In this document: piece by piece, positions 61,976-64,000 of the stretch
Layout of the letters: every line of letters begins with the position of its first letter
Position numbering within the stretch: position 1 is the first letter of the stretch
DNA from: Sphyrna mokarran
Lineage: Eukaryota
NCBI GenBank assembly: GCA_024679065.1
Contig: JAGIQG010000003.1
Span: 95,046,001-95,110,000, forward strand
Direction of reading: 5' to 3'
DNA length: 64,000 bases
Program-made: the position numbers and the translations under genes
Notes under the pieces: model-generated
What the model was told of the DNA's origin: nothing
The model's database searches: none
Seen by the model: only the letters and a program-made list of their open reading frames with translations

Positions 61976-64000
61976 AGTGTTTAAAACGTACAGATATGTC
62001 CAACTATCCATTCATTCAAAAACAACACACACAACTTTGCCACCCCACTCCAAAAATGCAAAGAAAAAAGTCTTCAGAGTATAAATTCTTAAAACTTGGC
62101 CAAGGAAAAAGTAAAGTCAGAAACAAAATTATTCACAGATTATCGATGCTTGTTTGCAGCTGAAAGGTCGCTTTCCGCAGTAGCTGCTGAAACTCTGTTT
62201 GCAACATGAGATCATCTGGCAAGTTCTCAAGTCATAAACAGCTAAGCCTTGCTGGTAGATGTTTCAGAGGAAGAGAGAAGGAGTCTGGCTGTTGCCCCTT
62301 CTATCCCTGTGACAATCCCTTTGACCGTTGGTCCAATTTTGGTATATAGTACACCCAAGAGCTGGATCATGTGATCTTCTTTGGGTTCCAGTTTGAGTTA
62401 TCTTAGCCACTGCCTCTGAGAGCTCTGCAGATTCTGTCACCGTAAAACAGCTTGTGTCCTTTGTAAATGCAACGTAACTACTATAGTGTCCTTTGTATAG
62501 CAGAAGTGTTCTTTGCAAAATGTTAATACATATATATGTGGAGATGAGGTTATGAAGTAATTTATTGTATATGACATATCTTCATAATTCATAAAAATGA
62601 TGCTTGAAGGGCAAAGGAAATATTACCATTGTGTTTTCATTGCACTTTATTAGATCCCTTTTATTCAGTTCAAATATTGGGAAAGCAATACCTAATACTA
62701 TATGTTCCAAACATAAAATTATTACGCCATCTTTGCTTGTGTGGTTAAAGGTGTTCAACTCAGCTGAGTTCTTCATTTTGTGAAGCAATATAACTGAGAA
62801 TTCACACAATTTAGGGTCAGATGCAGACTTTAGATGAAAATCTTTGCATTTAAAAACACATAATCAGAGAAAGCACTGTTTGAGGTAATGAGACTTCCAG
62901 AGGGGCCACCTATACATGTGGTACAAGATTTGCACAGTTGGTGAAAAATTTGCAAATGGAGAAGTGAGGCTTCGAATTTGCAAGCAATGTGCACAGTTGT
63001 AAGAATCCTACGGTAATCACATGTTGATGACAGACAAGTAAGATATGCTGTAGTTGAAATATATATTTGCTCGTTTTATGCCACTGTTTCTTGTTGTGGT
63101 ATGATTGGCATTATTGTGCTATTATGCCAGCTTGCACTGTTCTCACATGAGGGAAAGGCAGAGAGCTACAGTTGTATCATTAATGCTATGTGCAGAGCTT
63201 TGCTCTCTGAGCATTCTGTGTGGAAGTGCATTCCAACCAGCTGACTTTTCCATTACTCCTAACCTGGCAGGGTGTGCAGGAGGTTAAAACACCAAAAAGC
63301 ACTAGAGTGTTGATAAATCTGCAGGTATCTGCCACCTTCTGTATTTAACTGGAATGTTGGTGAACGTGTGAGAGATTTCAATGGGTCTGGTGGGTATGCT
63401 ATTTACATGAGCTAAATACCAGTTGGGGGCATTTCTACCCATAGATTCTGGCTTTAACTGGCAGTGGGCAGCTTTTCCAGACCTCCTGAACTCTCCAGCT
63501 TAGAGAATGTTAGAGGAGAGTGGGCATTGACAGGGTTAGAATATTTTTACATGGTAGTTGCTTTTTGTCTTAGTGCAAGGCTTTTGCTCACAGGACTTAT
63601 TCTAAGAACATACTTTCATTACTTTGGAGGTGATTTTCAAGTCTTTATTTCTACTGCTTTTGAATTTCATCTGCACTTCCCAGCTTCGGCCTTTTTAGAT
63701 CAGCAACCTATCCAGCTCTATTTGACACTCTTTATGAGGAATACATGGATCACCTGAAGATTGTTCAGCTATCTGCCTCTCTGCTGTACAGAGGGATTGA
63801 GTACTGAGTTCAGGCAGAAAATAAACTTTCTGGCTGTGACAGAGCATTTGTGTGAAAGAAGGTCCGCTCTGTCATGTTGGATTGTTGGTAACATTTGCAA
63901 CATCTTGAAAGATGACCTCCCCTCTAACTGGACAAGGTGGGCATCAATTTCTCAGCCCAGCTCTGAATTCCCCCCTTCACCTCTGGCTTCTTGAAGGGAT

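Noticed and set aside
21283-64000. Next contactin exon (ELSYAWIFNEYP...RRFVSQETGNLYIAKV) and, upstream, the preceding Ig1 exon
   Set aside because: I searched by eye at AG acceptors and did not find them. They probably lie outside the window, though a manual miss is possible.
1-64000. CRISPR array, operon or prokaryotic defence system
   Set aside because: There is no regularly spaced repeat-spacer array and no gene-dense region. The sequence is vertebrate intron, and the remaining short ORFs are consistent with chance or TE remnants.

Overview
This is vertebrate DNA, not prokaryotic. The repeat content points to a cartilaginous fish, probably a carcharhiniform shark: HE1-type V-SINEs, HER1/CR1 LINEs, Deu-domain SINEs and Penelope pseudo-LTRs (inference from repeat families). 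The window appears to be almost entirely intron of a + strand neural contactin gene. I found one host exon, 96 nt at 21187-21282, encoding (Y)[31 protein letters not shown], the start of Ig domain 2 in CNTN3/CNTN4-type proteins. I did not find the neighbouring contactin exons. The rest is a mosaic of transposon remnants: CR1/HER1, a second CR1-clade family, L2, Rex1/Babar, Tx1/L1, Penelope, a dead Harbinger transposase with many non-autonomous Harbinger-like elements, and probable solo LTRs. AT-rich unique blocks lie between them. I found no convincing new gene system. The best leads are: (1) a 263-bp, ~93% identical inverted duplication of non-TE-looking sequence (43854-44116 / 46393-46655); (2) a Penelope-derived palindrome with a minimal hammerhead-ribozyme motif on each strand (16683-16911); (3) one V-SINE body carrying three different 3' tails, one sharing a stem-loop with the Rex1/Babar LINE tail; (4) an atypical CpG-rich, 5'-extended V-SINE; (5) a possible poison exon. 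Family assignments come from recalled consensus sequences, not database searches, and repeat boundaries are approximate.
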